Assembly: GCA_039683575.1 (NCBI GenBank)
Contig: JBDKRC010000022.1
Location: forward strand, 1 to 37,688
Length of the DNA: 37,688 nucleotides
Origin: Armatimonadia bacterium
Lineage (GTDB): Bacteria > Armatimonadota > Zipacnadia > Zipacnadales > UBA11051
Direction: 5' to 3'
Each line of letters begins with the position of its first letter. Positions within the stretch are counted from its first letter, which is position 1. The notes beneath the pieces were generated by a model. It saw nothing but the letters and a program-made list of their open reading frames with translations, was not told where the DNA came from and searched no databases. This document shows positions 1 through 8,448 of the stretch, one piece after another. The position numbers were made by a program, and so were the translations under genes.

Positions 1-47
1 TGTCGTACTTCGCGGATGAGATCTTCGAGATTGGGACGAAGAAATAG
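1..47 (+). CDS. 3' end of a gene entering from the left (…SYFADEIFEIGTKK*), product unknown
   Basis: Open frame from the window edge to TAG at 45-47, converging on the 70-99 hairpin. Confidence 0.45.
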   Translation, partial: SYFADEIFEIGTKK

Positions 48-69
48 GGGATAGCAGGACGCATCAGAT

Positions 70-99
70 GCCGCGCCCGGCACCCACGCCGGGCGCGGC
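70..99. terminator. Hairpin between convergent genes, possible terminator
   Basis: Perfect 12-bp stem gccgcgcccggc/gccgggcgcggc with a 6-nt loop; no strong U-tract. Confidence 0.55.
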
Positions 100-104
100 T
101 GGTT

Positions 105-992
105 CTAGCGGACGGCCGCTCGCAGCAGCGCCAGGCAGCCCAGCCCGTAGTAGGTGTACTCGACGTCAGGCTCGTGGTCTGCCGGCGAGGCCTTGAAGCC
201 CCCGTCGGGAGCCGCGGCCGCCCGGACGAAGCGGGCAAGGTTGCCGAGGTTCAGACGGTCCAGCCCGTCGAGACCAGCCAAGGTCAGCAGCGCCGTGAAG
301 CTGCTTAGCAGGTCCCCCTCCGTCGCCCACGGGTGGGCCAGGAAGCCCCCATCCGCTGCCTGCATCTTCACCAGAAAGCCCTCGGCATGTCGGGCTTGTC
401 GCTCGGTCAGCACCTCCGCCGACAGCAGGAACGCCACTGCTGCCGCCGTGGCGCTGGTCTGCTCGCCCCCCTCGCCCTGCTGCTCGCGGAAGCCCCCGTT
501 CGGCTGCTGCAGTGCAGCAATGGCCTGAGCGGCCTCCAACCGCCGTGGCATGGTCTCGTCCAGCATCTCGTAGACCAACCCCGCCAGAAAGGTCGTGTAG
601 GCGCTGCAGACGTGGCTTCCGGGACGGGCGAAGGCGCCGCTGTCCAGCGCTTGACACTGGAGGGCCTCTTGGATCGCCTGGCGCGCGGGCGTCGGCTCAT
701 CGAGCAAGCGACGGCAGTTCAGCAGCGAAAAGGCCTCCAGGACCTCATGCACGGGCACTTGATCGAGGTAGGCCACTGTGGCCTTCGGCAGCCGATCCTG
801 TCCCCCGAGCAGCGTCACCGTGCGCAGCGCAAAGTCCGTGTAATACAGGTCCGACGTGCCCTGCCGGCCCCGGAAGCCGCCGTCGGGCTGCTGCTGGGCC
901 AGCACAAAAGCAAGCTGGGCCTCGGCGAAATCCTCACCGAGGCCCTGCAGACCGTCTTTCAACAGCGCGTCCACTATTTCGAGGTAGCGCAT
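105..992 (-). CDS. Prenyltransferase/squalene oxidase repeat protein (single alpha/alpha barrel, GGTase-beta-like)
   Basis: Repeated QxxDGGF motifs (QQPDGGF, QQPNGGF, QAADGGF, APDGGF), SDLYYTDFA and DVEYTYYGLG; starts 2 nt after the upstream stop. Confidence 0.85.
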   Translation of the reverse strand: MRYLEIVDALLKDGLQGLGEDFAEAQLAFVLAQQQPDGGFRGRQGTSDLYYTDFALRTVTLLGGQDRLPKATVAYLDQVPVHEVLEAFSLLNCRRLLDEPTPARQAIQEALQCQALDSGAFARPGSHVCSAYTTFLAGLVYEMLDETMPRRLEAAQAIAALQQPNGGFREQQGEGGEQTSATAAAVAFLLSAEVLTERQARHAEGFLVKMQAADGGFLAHPWATEGDLLSSFTALLTLAGLDGLDRLNLGNLARFVRAAAAPDGGFKASPADHEPDVEYTYYGLGCLALLRAAVR

Positions 993-994
993 CG

Positions 995-2725
995 CTATCG
1001 CTTCCGCAGCACATTACGCGCCAGGAACCTCAGTAGCTCCTGCAGCGCCGGTTCGCCGAGTTGGCCTGCCATGTCCAGGGCCCTCTCGCGCAATCGCGCG
1101 TACAGCACCTCGGCCCGCTCCATCGCGCCCAGTGAGACATATAGCTCCCTGACGCGCTCCACGACCACCGCAGGCTCTTCCTGCAGCCGCGCCTCGCGCG
1201 TCAGCGCCGCGAGTTGCTGAGCCCCGCCCGCCTCCAGCGCAAACGCCCGCAGTATGGTCGGCCGCCCCGCGATGATGTCGCGGCCCAGGGCGAGTTTGTT
1301 GTTGCTCTCCTCTTCCCAGTCCTCCAGATCGTTGTAGACCTGGTAGCCCTCGCCGATGTACACCGCGAACTGGCGCAGTGTCTCGTGCGGAAGGTCAACC
1401 TCGGCCGCCCGCAGCCCTGCGTAGAGGGCCACTTCAAAGGCTGGCGCGGTCTTCAGCGCCCCGATCTGCAGCGCATGCACGGGCCGGAGGTCGTCAGCTT
1501 GATGCTGGTTCCACAGGAGTTCGGTGCCCTGTCCGCAGCATAGCTGCAGGTGAGCCGCCGAAAGACGGTTGAGGATGTCCGCGACAGCCTGCGCGCCCAG
1601 TTCCGGCCCCTGCGTGGCGATCAGGCGGTAACCGAGCCCGACCAGATAATCACCAACGTTGATTGCAGCTTCGATGCCGTGCCGCTGGTGGATCGTGGGT
1701 TGCCCGTAGCGGAAGGAGTCCTTGTCCTCGATATCGTCATGCACCAGCGACGCCTTGTGGAGGGCCTCGATAGCCACCGCGAGTCGCCGCACGGGCAGCG
1801 GCAGCAGGTCTTCCACCTGCGCCTGAGCCGACAGGGCCTCGGCACCATGCTTGCCAACCGCGTAGGCCGCAAGGGTGATGAAGGGCCTGAAGCGCTTCCC
1901 CCCGAGCCGCAGCCACTGGCGCGCAATGGCATCGGTCGCTCCCATCGCGCCTGCAGCTTCCCCGGTGTGCGAGGCATCTCCCGAAGCCGACCGGCACGAG
2001 GACTGCTCCACTATCCGGTCGAACTCGTCGGTCTCGAAAAGCTGCCGCGTGAAGCGAAGCAGCGGCAGGTAGCTGCGATGCACCCGTTCCCCGGCCACGC
2101 CGGTGAGTTCCAGGACCTCGTGGATCAGATCCACTTCCGCCGTCGTATCAACACAGCCGTCAGTCAGCAGCGGAATGGCCTGATGGGGAATGCCGAGATC
2201 GGCGATGCGCTCGAAAGACTTCTCGAGAGATTCGAGGCAGGCCACGCCGAGAATGGCGTCGGCCTCGCCCTCAAGGACTTTCACAACCACTGAAGAGGTG
2301 CCTTCTGCCACTACGACACTGTACCCCAGCGCCTCTGCGTGCTCTTTCAGGCCCTGAATCTCGCACGCGCCACAGCCGACACAGTTGAGCCCAATAGTGT
2401 CGAAGGTGCCAGGACAGTGGCCGTGCTTGCTCAGGCACTTGGGCAGTAGGAGCAGGCGGCGGTTTTGCGGCGTCGCCTGATATTCACCACGCCAGAAAGC
2501 GTTGTCCACCGCGACCATCGCGAAGCCGAGGTACTCCTGCGGCAGTTCGAGACGCCGCAATACCTCGCGCCCCGCCTCCTCCAGAGCCTCGCGGCCAGGC
2601 GGCGTCTGGTGGCTCAGGGCCGCCCCCAGAGCCGCCGCTTCCCGGCGCACAGCCAGCCGGACCTCGCAGACCTGCGGGACCTGCCTGATGTCCGGTTCGG
2701 AGTTGACGGCGTCAGCTACGGTCAT
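995..2725 (-). CDS. DUF116 domain fused to trans-polyprenyl diphosphate synthase
   Basis: N-terminal LLLLPKCL, CVGCGAC and GVACL (DUF116-like); C-terminal GGKRFRP, first Asp-rich motif LVHDDIED..RYG, GQ, KT and second motif YQVYNDLED. Confidence 0.85.
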   Translation of the reverse strand: MTVADAVNSEPDIRQVPQVCEVRLAVRREAAALGAALSHQTPPGREALEEAGREVLRRLELPQEYLGFAMVAVDNAFWRGEYQATPQNRRLLLLPKCLSKHGHCPGTFDTIGLNCVGCGACEIQGLKEHAEALGYSVVVAEGTSSVVVKVLEGEADAILGVACLESLEKSFERIADLGIPHQAIPLLTDGCVDTTAEVDLIHEVLELTGVAGERVHRSYLPLLRFTRQLFETDEFDRIVEQSSCRSASGDASHTGEAAGAMGATDAIARQWLRLGGKRFRPFITLAAYAVGKHGAEALSAQAQVEDLLPLPVRRLAVAIEALHKASLVHDDIEDKDSFRYGQPTIHQRHGIEAAINVGDYLVGLGYRLIATQGPELGAQAVADILNRLSAAHLQLCCGQGTELLWNQHQADDLRPVHALQIGALKTAPAFEVALYAGLRAAEVDLPHETLRQFAVYIGEGYQVYNDLEDWEEESNNKLALGRDIIAGRPTILRAFALEAGGAQQLAALTREARLQEEPAVVVERVRELYVSLGAMERAEVLYARLRERALDMAGQLGEPALQELLRFLARNVLRKR

Positions 2726-2762
2726 TCAGGAGTTACCATTGGGTTTGTTGCGCGACACTCCC

Positions 2763-2861
2763 TGGAGGGGCCGAATGCGCAGTCTCATCGTGCATCCGGC
2801 CCGCCGTTGCGTACGGTGGGCCGGATGCCGCCGATACGGCTGTCGGCATTCGGCCCCTCCA
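2763..2861. repeat. REP-like palindromic doublet, family D (GGAG type), copy 1
   Basis: Outer 16-bp inverted repeat tggaggggccgaatgc/gcattcggcccctcca plus an inner gcatccggccc/gggccggatgc repeat; homologous to 26269-26357. Confidence 0.85.
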
Positions 2862-2867
2862 TTTACG

Positions 2868-4226
2868 CTACTGCGTCCCCAGACACCACATCTTCGTCAG
2901 CCCACGAACATATACCCGATTACCTTCAAAGACCGGACAGGAGCGGAAAGGTTCCAGCTTGAGCCGCTTGACCTCTTCATACTGCCGGCCCGGCTTGACG
3001 ACGATGGTGACGCCCTTGTCATTGCTGACATAGAGCAGACCACCGGCGAAGGTAATGGCGGGGTAGAAGGTCGGCTTTTCGTTCAGCGCCTGCTCGTAGA
3101 TCACCTGTCCGTTAGCGGCGTCTACGGCGCTGAGAATCCCCACCTGCGTCACGCAGTAGATGATGCCCTCGTGCAGCACGGAGGCAGCATAGTAGCGGTC
3201 CTTGCGCACCTGGGTCTCCCACAGTGGCGTGAGGGGATCAGCGGCGGTCGCCGGCAGTTTCCACGCTTTGCCGCCGTTCTGGATGAAATAGACGTTGCCA
3301 TCGGCCAGGATGGGATCACCATACTCAAGGCGCGTGAGCTTCTGGGCGAGTACTTTGCCGTCGCTGGCCCGTACGAGGTCACCAGCCGGGGTGACGATGA
3401 TCTCGGTGTCACCGATCTTGCCAACCTGCGGCGTGCCCCAGCTCTCGGCCAGGCGCGTCTTCCAGATCGTGTTACCTGTCATTGGGTCAAGAGCCATCAA
3501 GTTCAGAATATGGATGATGAGTTTGCCGTCGGCCAGCACGGGCGAGCAACTGTGCCCCCACTCGATGACAGGCTTCTCGAAGTACTTGCGCCACACGAGC
3601 TTGCCTTCAAGATCATAGCAGGCGGCGATGCCGTGGTTGAACAGCACCCAGACGTGCTTGCCATCGCTGACCGGGGTCGGGGTTGAGAAGCCGTTGATCT
3701 GGTACGTTTTGGGCAGTACATACCACTTCTCAAGACCGGCAATCTGCTCGTTGAGAGTCTTCACTTCGCCCTTGAGGCCCTCGATCTTGGCCTTCAGTTC
3801 GGCGTCGTCGGGCTTGTCCTTGAGTTCAGTCTGCAGCTTGTAGATCTGCCCCTGCTTCTGGCCCGCCTGCTTGCGCAAGTCGGCAACCTGGGTGTTGGTG
3901 GCATCAATCTGCGCCGCTTCCTCGGGCGTCGCCACGTCCTTGTAGCCGTTGGCGGACTGCCAGAGCACGCTGCCGTCGGTCTTGGACAGACACATCAGCG
4001 TGTCCGGTTCGGTGCAGATGAAGATGCGGTCGCCAACGATAACGGGCGTGGCGTTGCTCCAGGAGGGAAGGGGGACCGACCAGATGACATTGCTGTCAGG
4101 GGCCCAGTCAGCGGGCGGGGTGGCTGTGGGGTATTTTCCGGTGCCGTCGGTGCGCCAGCCAACGGGGGCGGCGGTGAGACCTGAAACCAGCAGCAGCAAA
4201 GCCAGACAAGCCACGGCTACACGCAT
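2868..4226 (-). CDS. Secreted PQQ-like/BamB-type beta-propeller protein with a coiled-coil insertion
   Basis: Signal peptide; WRTDGTG, NVIWSVPLP..SNATPV, STPTPVSDG and SPVLADG propeller motifs; AAAGGAG ribosome-binding site. Confidence 0.85.
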   Translation of the reverse strand: MRVAVACLALLLLVSGLTAAPVGWRTDGTGKYPTATPPADWAPDSNVIWSVPLPSWSNATPVIVGDRIFICTEPDTLMCLSKTDGSVLWQSANGYKDVATPEEAAQIDATNTQVADLRKQAGQKQGQIYKLQTELKDKPDDAELKAKIEGLKGEVKTLNEQIAGLEKWYVLPKTYQINGFSTPTPVSDGKHVWVLFNHGIAACYDLEGKLVWRKYFEKPVIEWGHSCSPVLADGKLIIHILNLMALDPMTGNTIWKTRLAESWGTPQVGKIGDTEIIVTPAGDLVRASDGKVLAQKLTRLEYGDPILADGNVYFIQNGGKAWKLPATAADPLTPLWETQVRKDRYYAASVLHEGIIYCVTQVGILSAVDAANGQVIYEQALNEKPTFYPAITFAGGLLYVSNDKGVTIVVKPGRQYEEVKRLKLEPFRSCPVFEGNRVYVRGLTKMWCLGTQ

Positions 4227-4241
4227 GAAGCTCTCCTTTGA

Positions 4242-6095
4242 CTACCTTACTGTTTTAGCAAATAGTAGATTACTCGCTCGCCCCAGCGCCTCGACCGTCC
4301 AGACCACCGGATAGAGCACTTCACTATACCATAAACTGGCGAAGTAGAGACCAATGGGAGTGGGGCGAGTCCACGTCCCGTCTTCCACATTCCGCAATAG
4401 ACACTCGAGCCCCTGCAGCAGTGCCTCCGAGGATTCGCCCATCGCTGCCAGAGCCGCCAGTGCCAGAGCGGTTTCCTCGGCGGAAGTGTCCACTCCTGCT
4501 GCCCCGCCCCAGCCGCCGTCCGGGTTCTGCGCAGAGAGAAGATACTGCAGGCCGCGCTGGGTCATTTCGCTCTGAGGCTCAAGCTCGGCGAGCGCGAGCA
4601 GGACCCGAGCGGTGCCAAAGACCGGGTTGAGATGGCCCTCGGTGTACTGGTTGCCAAACCACAGCGGCACCCAGGAGCCGTCGGGGCGCTGGCGGCGGCG
4701 GAGGTAGGCCAGGCCTCGGATAGCGCTTCCGCTGTAGGGCGGGGGCTCGTACCCCGCCGTCTGGTCGTTCGGGCACGGCTGCGGCGGGGACTCCGCCGCT
4801 TGGTTGGTCGGTGATAACGGCTGCGGCGGGGCCGCCGCCGCTTGGTTGGTCGGTGGTAACGGCTGCGGCGGGGTACGAGCCCCCGCCCTACAGTGAGAAA
4901 GGGCCCGCAGCGCGTGGGCCGTGATGTCGTCGCAACTGGCGTCAAACGGCAGCTTGCCCCACCCACGGCAGAAGGTCGGCCATCCGCCGTCGCTGTTCTG
5001 CAGGTCTACCAGCCACTTTCGGCCTGATTGCAGTGCCTTCTCATCCAGATACCCCGCTAAGGCCAAGAGCGCGCCGGAGGTGTCGTCTGCATCAGGGACC
5101 GCGCCGGGAAGATGGCTCCAGCCCCACCCGCCGGGCGAGGCGCCGGTGAAGGGATGAACCTGCGTGTACTGCCGCTCTGCCAGCCACGCGAGGGTTCGAG
5201 CCGCCTCCGGCTCGGGAAGCCCTCCAGAGTGCGCCAGTGCATTGAAGGCGCTTGAGGTCACCCATACGGAGAGGTTGGTGTCAATCGGCCAACTGCCGTC
5301 AGCGCGCATGGACTGACGGAGAAACTGGAGGCCCTGTTTGAGCGAATGCTGATCGCCATGGCCGACAGAGAGCAATGCCATGCACACAAAGGCGGTCAGT
5401 GGGGTCGCTTCGAGGTAGCCACCCGATTGTGGCTGCAAAGCAATCAGCTTGCGGAGAGCCGCACGGGTAACCACTCGCCGAAGAGGCGAGGCGAACGCAT
5501 GGCCGATCGGACGGTGATACTCGATGGCGATGCCGATGGCGATGAGAGCGGGGAGGGCGTAGCTGACGACCTGCAGCGGGGTGTGTCGGAGGAGACTCTG
5601 GGGTACGACCGACCACTCATAGGGCAGCGGTGGCACGGCATGCCAGTCCACCAGGCCCGCCAGCGCGCAGTTCATGAGGATGGGGACAGCAAAGGTCCTG
5701 TCTGCGCCGTAGAGCCGGGTGATGGCCTGCACGCGCGCCTGGGGTGTGTCGGCGCCGTGGTCTTTGAGGTAGGCTTGGGATGCTTCGTCTGGCGTCTGTC
5801 CCGCCAGGATCAGCGCGGAACACACCAACAGCGTCGTCGCGAGGTTGCTCGGACTATCCGTCGTGTCACCCCAGCCGCCATCCTCGTTCTGCGTCTGGAT
5901 GAGCCACTCCACGCCCGCCTCGATTAGCGGACGGTCCTGTTCGAGCTTAGCGAGGCACAGGGCGCTTACCGCCGTGGCCGTTGAGAGCGCCGAGGAAGAC
6001 AGGTAGCCCTCCCAGTAGGTGCCGTCCACTCGTTGCGCCAGCAGATGCTGGCGCGTGGTCTCAAGCGCCTGCTGCAGCCGCTCGGCGTTGATCAC
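4242..6095 (-). CDS. Squalene-hopene cyclase-like class II terpene cyclase carrying an in-frame palindromic insertion
   Basis: WEGYLSSSALSTA; QW repeats (QNEDGGW, QNSDGGW, QRPDGSW, QNPDGGW); catalytic-type PDADDT at 5082-5093; GTG start overlaps the upstream TGA (GTGA). Confidence 0.88.
   Translation of the reverse strand: MINAERLQQALETTRQHLLAQRVDGTYWEGYLSSSALSTATAVSALCLAKLEQDRPLIEAGVEWLIQTQNEDGGWGDTTDSPSNLATTLLVCSALILAGQTPDEASQAYLKDHGADTPQARVQAITRLYGADRTFAVPILMNCALAGLVDWHAVPPLPYEWSVVPQSLLRHTPLQVVSYALPALIAIGIAIEYHRPIGHAFASPLRRVVTRAALRKLIALQPQSGGYLEATPLTAFVCMALLSVGHGDQHSLKQGLQFLRQSMRADGSWPIDTNLSVWVTSSAFNALAHSGGLPEPEAARTLAWLAERQYTQVHPFTGASPGGWGWSHLPGAVPDADDTSGALLALAGYLDEKALQSGRKWLVDLQNSDGGWPTFCRGWGKLPFDASCDDITAHALRALSHCRAGARTPPQPLPPTNQAAAAPPQPLSPTNQAAESPPQPCPNDQTAGYEPPPYSGSAIRGLAYLRRRQRPDGSWVPLWFGNQYTEGHLNPVFGTARVLLALAELEPQSEMTQRGLQYLLSAQNPDGGWGGAAGVDTSAEETALALAALAAMGESSEALLQGLECLLRNVEDGTWTRPTPIGLYFASLWYSEVLYPVVWTVEALGRASNLLFAKTVR
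4732..4893. repeat. REP-like doublet, family A (GTAG type), inside the cyclase CDS
   Basis: Perfect 28-bp inverted repeats at 4732-4759 and 4866-4893 (ctgtagggcgggggctcgtaccccgccg); internal 42-bp tandem repeat; total length 162 bp = 54 codons. Confidence 0.93.
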
Positions 6096-7591
6096 GGCGC
6101 CGCAGCCTTCCTGGCGCGGAGCAGCCGCCGCCACATCACGACGTTGCCCTTGCCAAGCGCCTGGATGAGCATCCGTCGTGCCGCGCTCACTCCAGCAGCC
6201 TTCTGGCCGTCAGCATACAGCCGTGGCACCCAGCGGAAGTTGAACTCGTAGGCCTCCTGCATGAGTTGCCAGTGCAGCCGGGTGAGGTTCGGCAGTGGCT
6301 CGCCTTGCACGGGAGCATAGATGACCGGGAAGATGGTCACCGGGCGGCCCTGCAGCGCTCGTACCCAGTCGAGCGTCTGCTGGATATCCTGCGGGGTCTC
6401 GCCGGGCAGCCCGACAACCAGTGACGCCATGGGGACGAAGCCGAGGCGCATCAGGCGCTCCAACTGCTCGCGGCAGAAGCCGCCCCAGTCTTCAGGCGCG
6501 GTGCGGCCCATCTTCGGCCTTCCGCCATTGGCCTGCAGAAGCTGGCCGGAGGCGGTCTCGATGCCGATATTGAACCAGGGGTAGCTGAGCGGAGTGCGGC
6601 CCGCGCCGCCAGCCAGCAGGCGACGCACCTCTGCAAGCTCGTCGTCGCTATACGCGGCGATGCTGATCACATTCACGTGATCTGCCTGCACGAGGCGCAA
6701 GCGCGGTAGGGCGGCGATGCGGCTCAGGAGCGCGATGAGTTCGGCGGGGCGGCAATTCAGGCCCTGCCCGCCGTAGCGCAGCAGGTCCTCACTGAGGATG
6801 GCGATGCTGGTCTGGCCGGCGCAGATATTGGTCTGGATGTCGGAGAGTATCCTGTCGGGCGGCAGATGCTGCATGGGGACGTTGCCGATAGTGCAAAACT
6901 CGCAGCCCAGCCCGCAACCGCGGCTGATTTCGACCACGCCCATGGTGCTGGCCCCGCGCAGCAGGGGGATGCGGTCTGCCGTAACCGGTTGGCCGTCGAT
7001 CACTGCGGGAAGCTCGCGCCCCTCGGCGAGGTCGCGCACGATCTGGGCTACGTTGCCCTCCGCATAGCCGAGCACAACATGGTCCACGCCCAGTTCCCGG
7101 CGCTTGGCGGGGTCATTGGCGAGTTGCCACGCCCCCGGCCCCCCGAGGAGTACCTTAGCCTGCGGGGCGCGCTCACTCACGATGCGCCGCACCTGCTGCA
7201 GGAGCTTGCGGAACATCGCCTGAGGGTAGATCTCGCCCCCAGCGACGCCGGTCATGGTGGAACTGCTCATTCCGAGGCCCACGGGCTCGCCGGAACTAAC
7301 CGCCACGACGCGGGTCTCGGGGCCAATGGCGTCGGCGAGATGGGCATCGTCCACCGTCACAAGCTGCTCAGGTGCAAGGCCGCCCTCCAGCAGCGCCGAT
7401 TCGACGCGACGCAGGCCAAGCGGGGCCACTGGCGCCTGTCCGTTGAAGTGTCTGGCGCGGGGGAGCAGCAACCGTTCGATGAGGGGAGCGGGAGACGAGG
7501 TGGTCTGGCTGGAGGCGAGCATACCGTCGAGCAGCACGGTGTACTGCGCCATGAGAGTCCGATCGGCGGTAAGGACTATGCGGTAGGCCAA
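6092..7591 (-). CDS. Radical SAM protein with an N-terminal B12-binding-like domain (COG1032 type), resembling the Grs/Gms family
   Basis: EISRGCGLGCEFC (CX3CX2C, 6893-6916), GGPGAWQL and IGIETAS; N-terminus IVLTADRTLM..APLGLRRVESAL. TTG start at 7591 was chosen because it follows the ferredoxin stop; the ORF track extends to 7630. Confidence 0.85.
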   Translation of the reverse strand: MAYRIVLTADRTLMAQYTVLLDGMLASSQTTSSPAPLIERLLLPRARHFNGQAPVAPLGLRRVESALLEGGLAPEQLVTVDDAHLADAIGPETRVVAVSSGEPVGLGMSSSTMTGVAGGEIYPQAMFRKLLQQVRRIVSERAPQAKVLLGGPGAWQLANDPAKRRELGVDHVVLGYAEGNVAQIVRDLAEGRELPAVIDGQPVTADRIPLLRGASTMGVVEISRGCGLGCEFCTIGNVPMQHLPPDRILSDIQTNICAGQTSIAILSEDLLRYGGQGLNCRPAELIALLSRIAALPRLRLVQADHVNVISIAAYSDDELAEVRRLLAGGAGRTPLSYPWFNIGIETASGQLLQANGGRPKMGRTAPEDWGGFCREQLERLMRLGFVPMASLVVGLPGETPQDIQQTLDWVRALQGRPVTIFPVIYAPVQGEPLPNLTRLHWQLMQEAYEFNFRWVPRLYADGQKAAGVSAARRMLIQALGKGNVVMWRRLLRARKAAAP

Positions 7592-7592
7592 T

Positions 7593-8372
7593 TCAGTTGC
7601 CCCCGCCGGTGATCTGGTCGAGACGGTCAATCAAGTCGTCAATCTCCTTCAGCATCGGCGAATCAGACGGTCTTGGGAGCTGGCGGCCACACTCGGGGCA
7701 GGTACCGTCGGGCATGACCTGCGACAGCTCGGCAGAAGGCTTCTGGCAGACGGTGCAGACCTTGCCGGTCCGCGTGTAGAACATCCGCCGCGCCTCGGCA
7801 TCGCGCTCCACTTTGCGCCCCGGCGCCCCGGCAATGGCCGGGTCCTGAGCGTACAGCGGGAACATGATCGCGCCCTGCGGGCAGACCCGCGAGCAGGCGG
7901 GGCAGCCGGCCTTGCAGCTGTCGGGATTGGTCACGCACACCTGCCCCCCCGCGTCTTGTTCGTAGACGCCGAAGAGGCAGAACTGGAGGCAATGGTGGCA
8001 GTTGGTGCACTCGGCGCGGTCAACGACTGGGTACCATCGCTCACGAGCAGGCTGCTCGACCTCAGGCCTCCGGGATTCGGGAGCCTCGGCGGCGGGCTCG
8101 ATTGTGTGGAATTCCCAACCCTCGGTACGAACGGCGTGCCGCCGCAGTAGCCACTCCGTCGCCCGTGGATACAGCGGGCCGTAGACCGTGGCAGGGCCAT
8201 CGAGGTTGCGCAGCGCCTCCCACACGGGATGATCGTCGTCCAGGTGGTAGAGGTCAGGCAGCACCATCGTCTCGCGCCCGGCGGCAGCTTCAGCAGCGGC
8301 CAAGGCCTGCGCCGCCGCGTCATATTGCGGGTCCCGGGGATGCTTGATAATCACGATTGTGAGCGGGCTCAT
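7593..8372 (-). CDS. 2x[4Fe-4S] ferredoxin-family protein with a C-terminal CxxC..CxxC
   Basis: WYPVVD..CTNCHHCLQFC and CKAGCPACSRVCP; CTVC..CPEC tail; ATG at 8372 preferred over the extension that reads through a repeat. Confidence 0.82.
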   Translation of the reverse strand: MSPLTIVIIKHPRDPQYDAAAQALAAAEAAAGRETMVLPDLYHLDDDHPVWEALRNLDGPATVYGPLYPRATEWLLRRHAVRTEGWEFHTIEPAAEAPESRRPEVEQPARERWYPVVDRAECTNCHHCLQFCLFGVYEQDAGGQVCVTNPDSCKAGCPACSRVCPQGAIMFPLYAQDPAIAGAPGRKVERDAEARRMFYTRTGKVCTVCQKPSAELSQVMPDGTCPECGRQLPRPSDSPMLKEIDDLIDRLDQITGGGN

Positions 8373-8405
8373 GTGCTTCGGAACTGCTTTCGGGTAGGTA
8401 ATGTT

Positions 8406-8411
8406 ATTGTA
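8406..8411 (-). promoter_or_regulatory. Possible -10 box (TACAAT) for the leftward operon
   Basis: TACAAT on the minus strand in an AT-rich patch about 35 nt upstream of ATG 8372; no convincing -35. Confidence 0.35.
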
Positions 8412-8448
8412 TATGTACAGGGCGGTCTGCGCCAGATGGCATTCTCGC

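Noticed and set aside
4775-4873. Regularly spaced repeats as a CRISPR array
   Set aside because: They are contiguous tandem units without unique spacers, lie inside a CDS, and no cas genes are present.
4732-4893. Intein or intron explanation for the cyclase insert
   Set aside because: Although it begins near a Cys, it is only 54 aa, lacks the C-terminal HN and splicing blocks, and is explained by the DNA palindrome.
4242-7591. Standard hopanoid locus (shc/hpnF with hpnH, hpnP or hpnR)
   Set aside because: The cyclase motifs are divergent, the radical SAM does not look like an Hpn enzyme to me, and the other hpn genes are absent.
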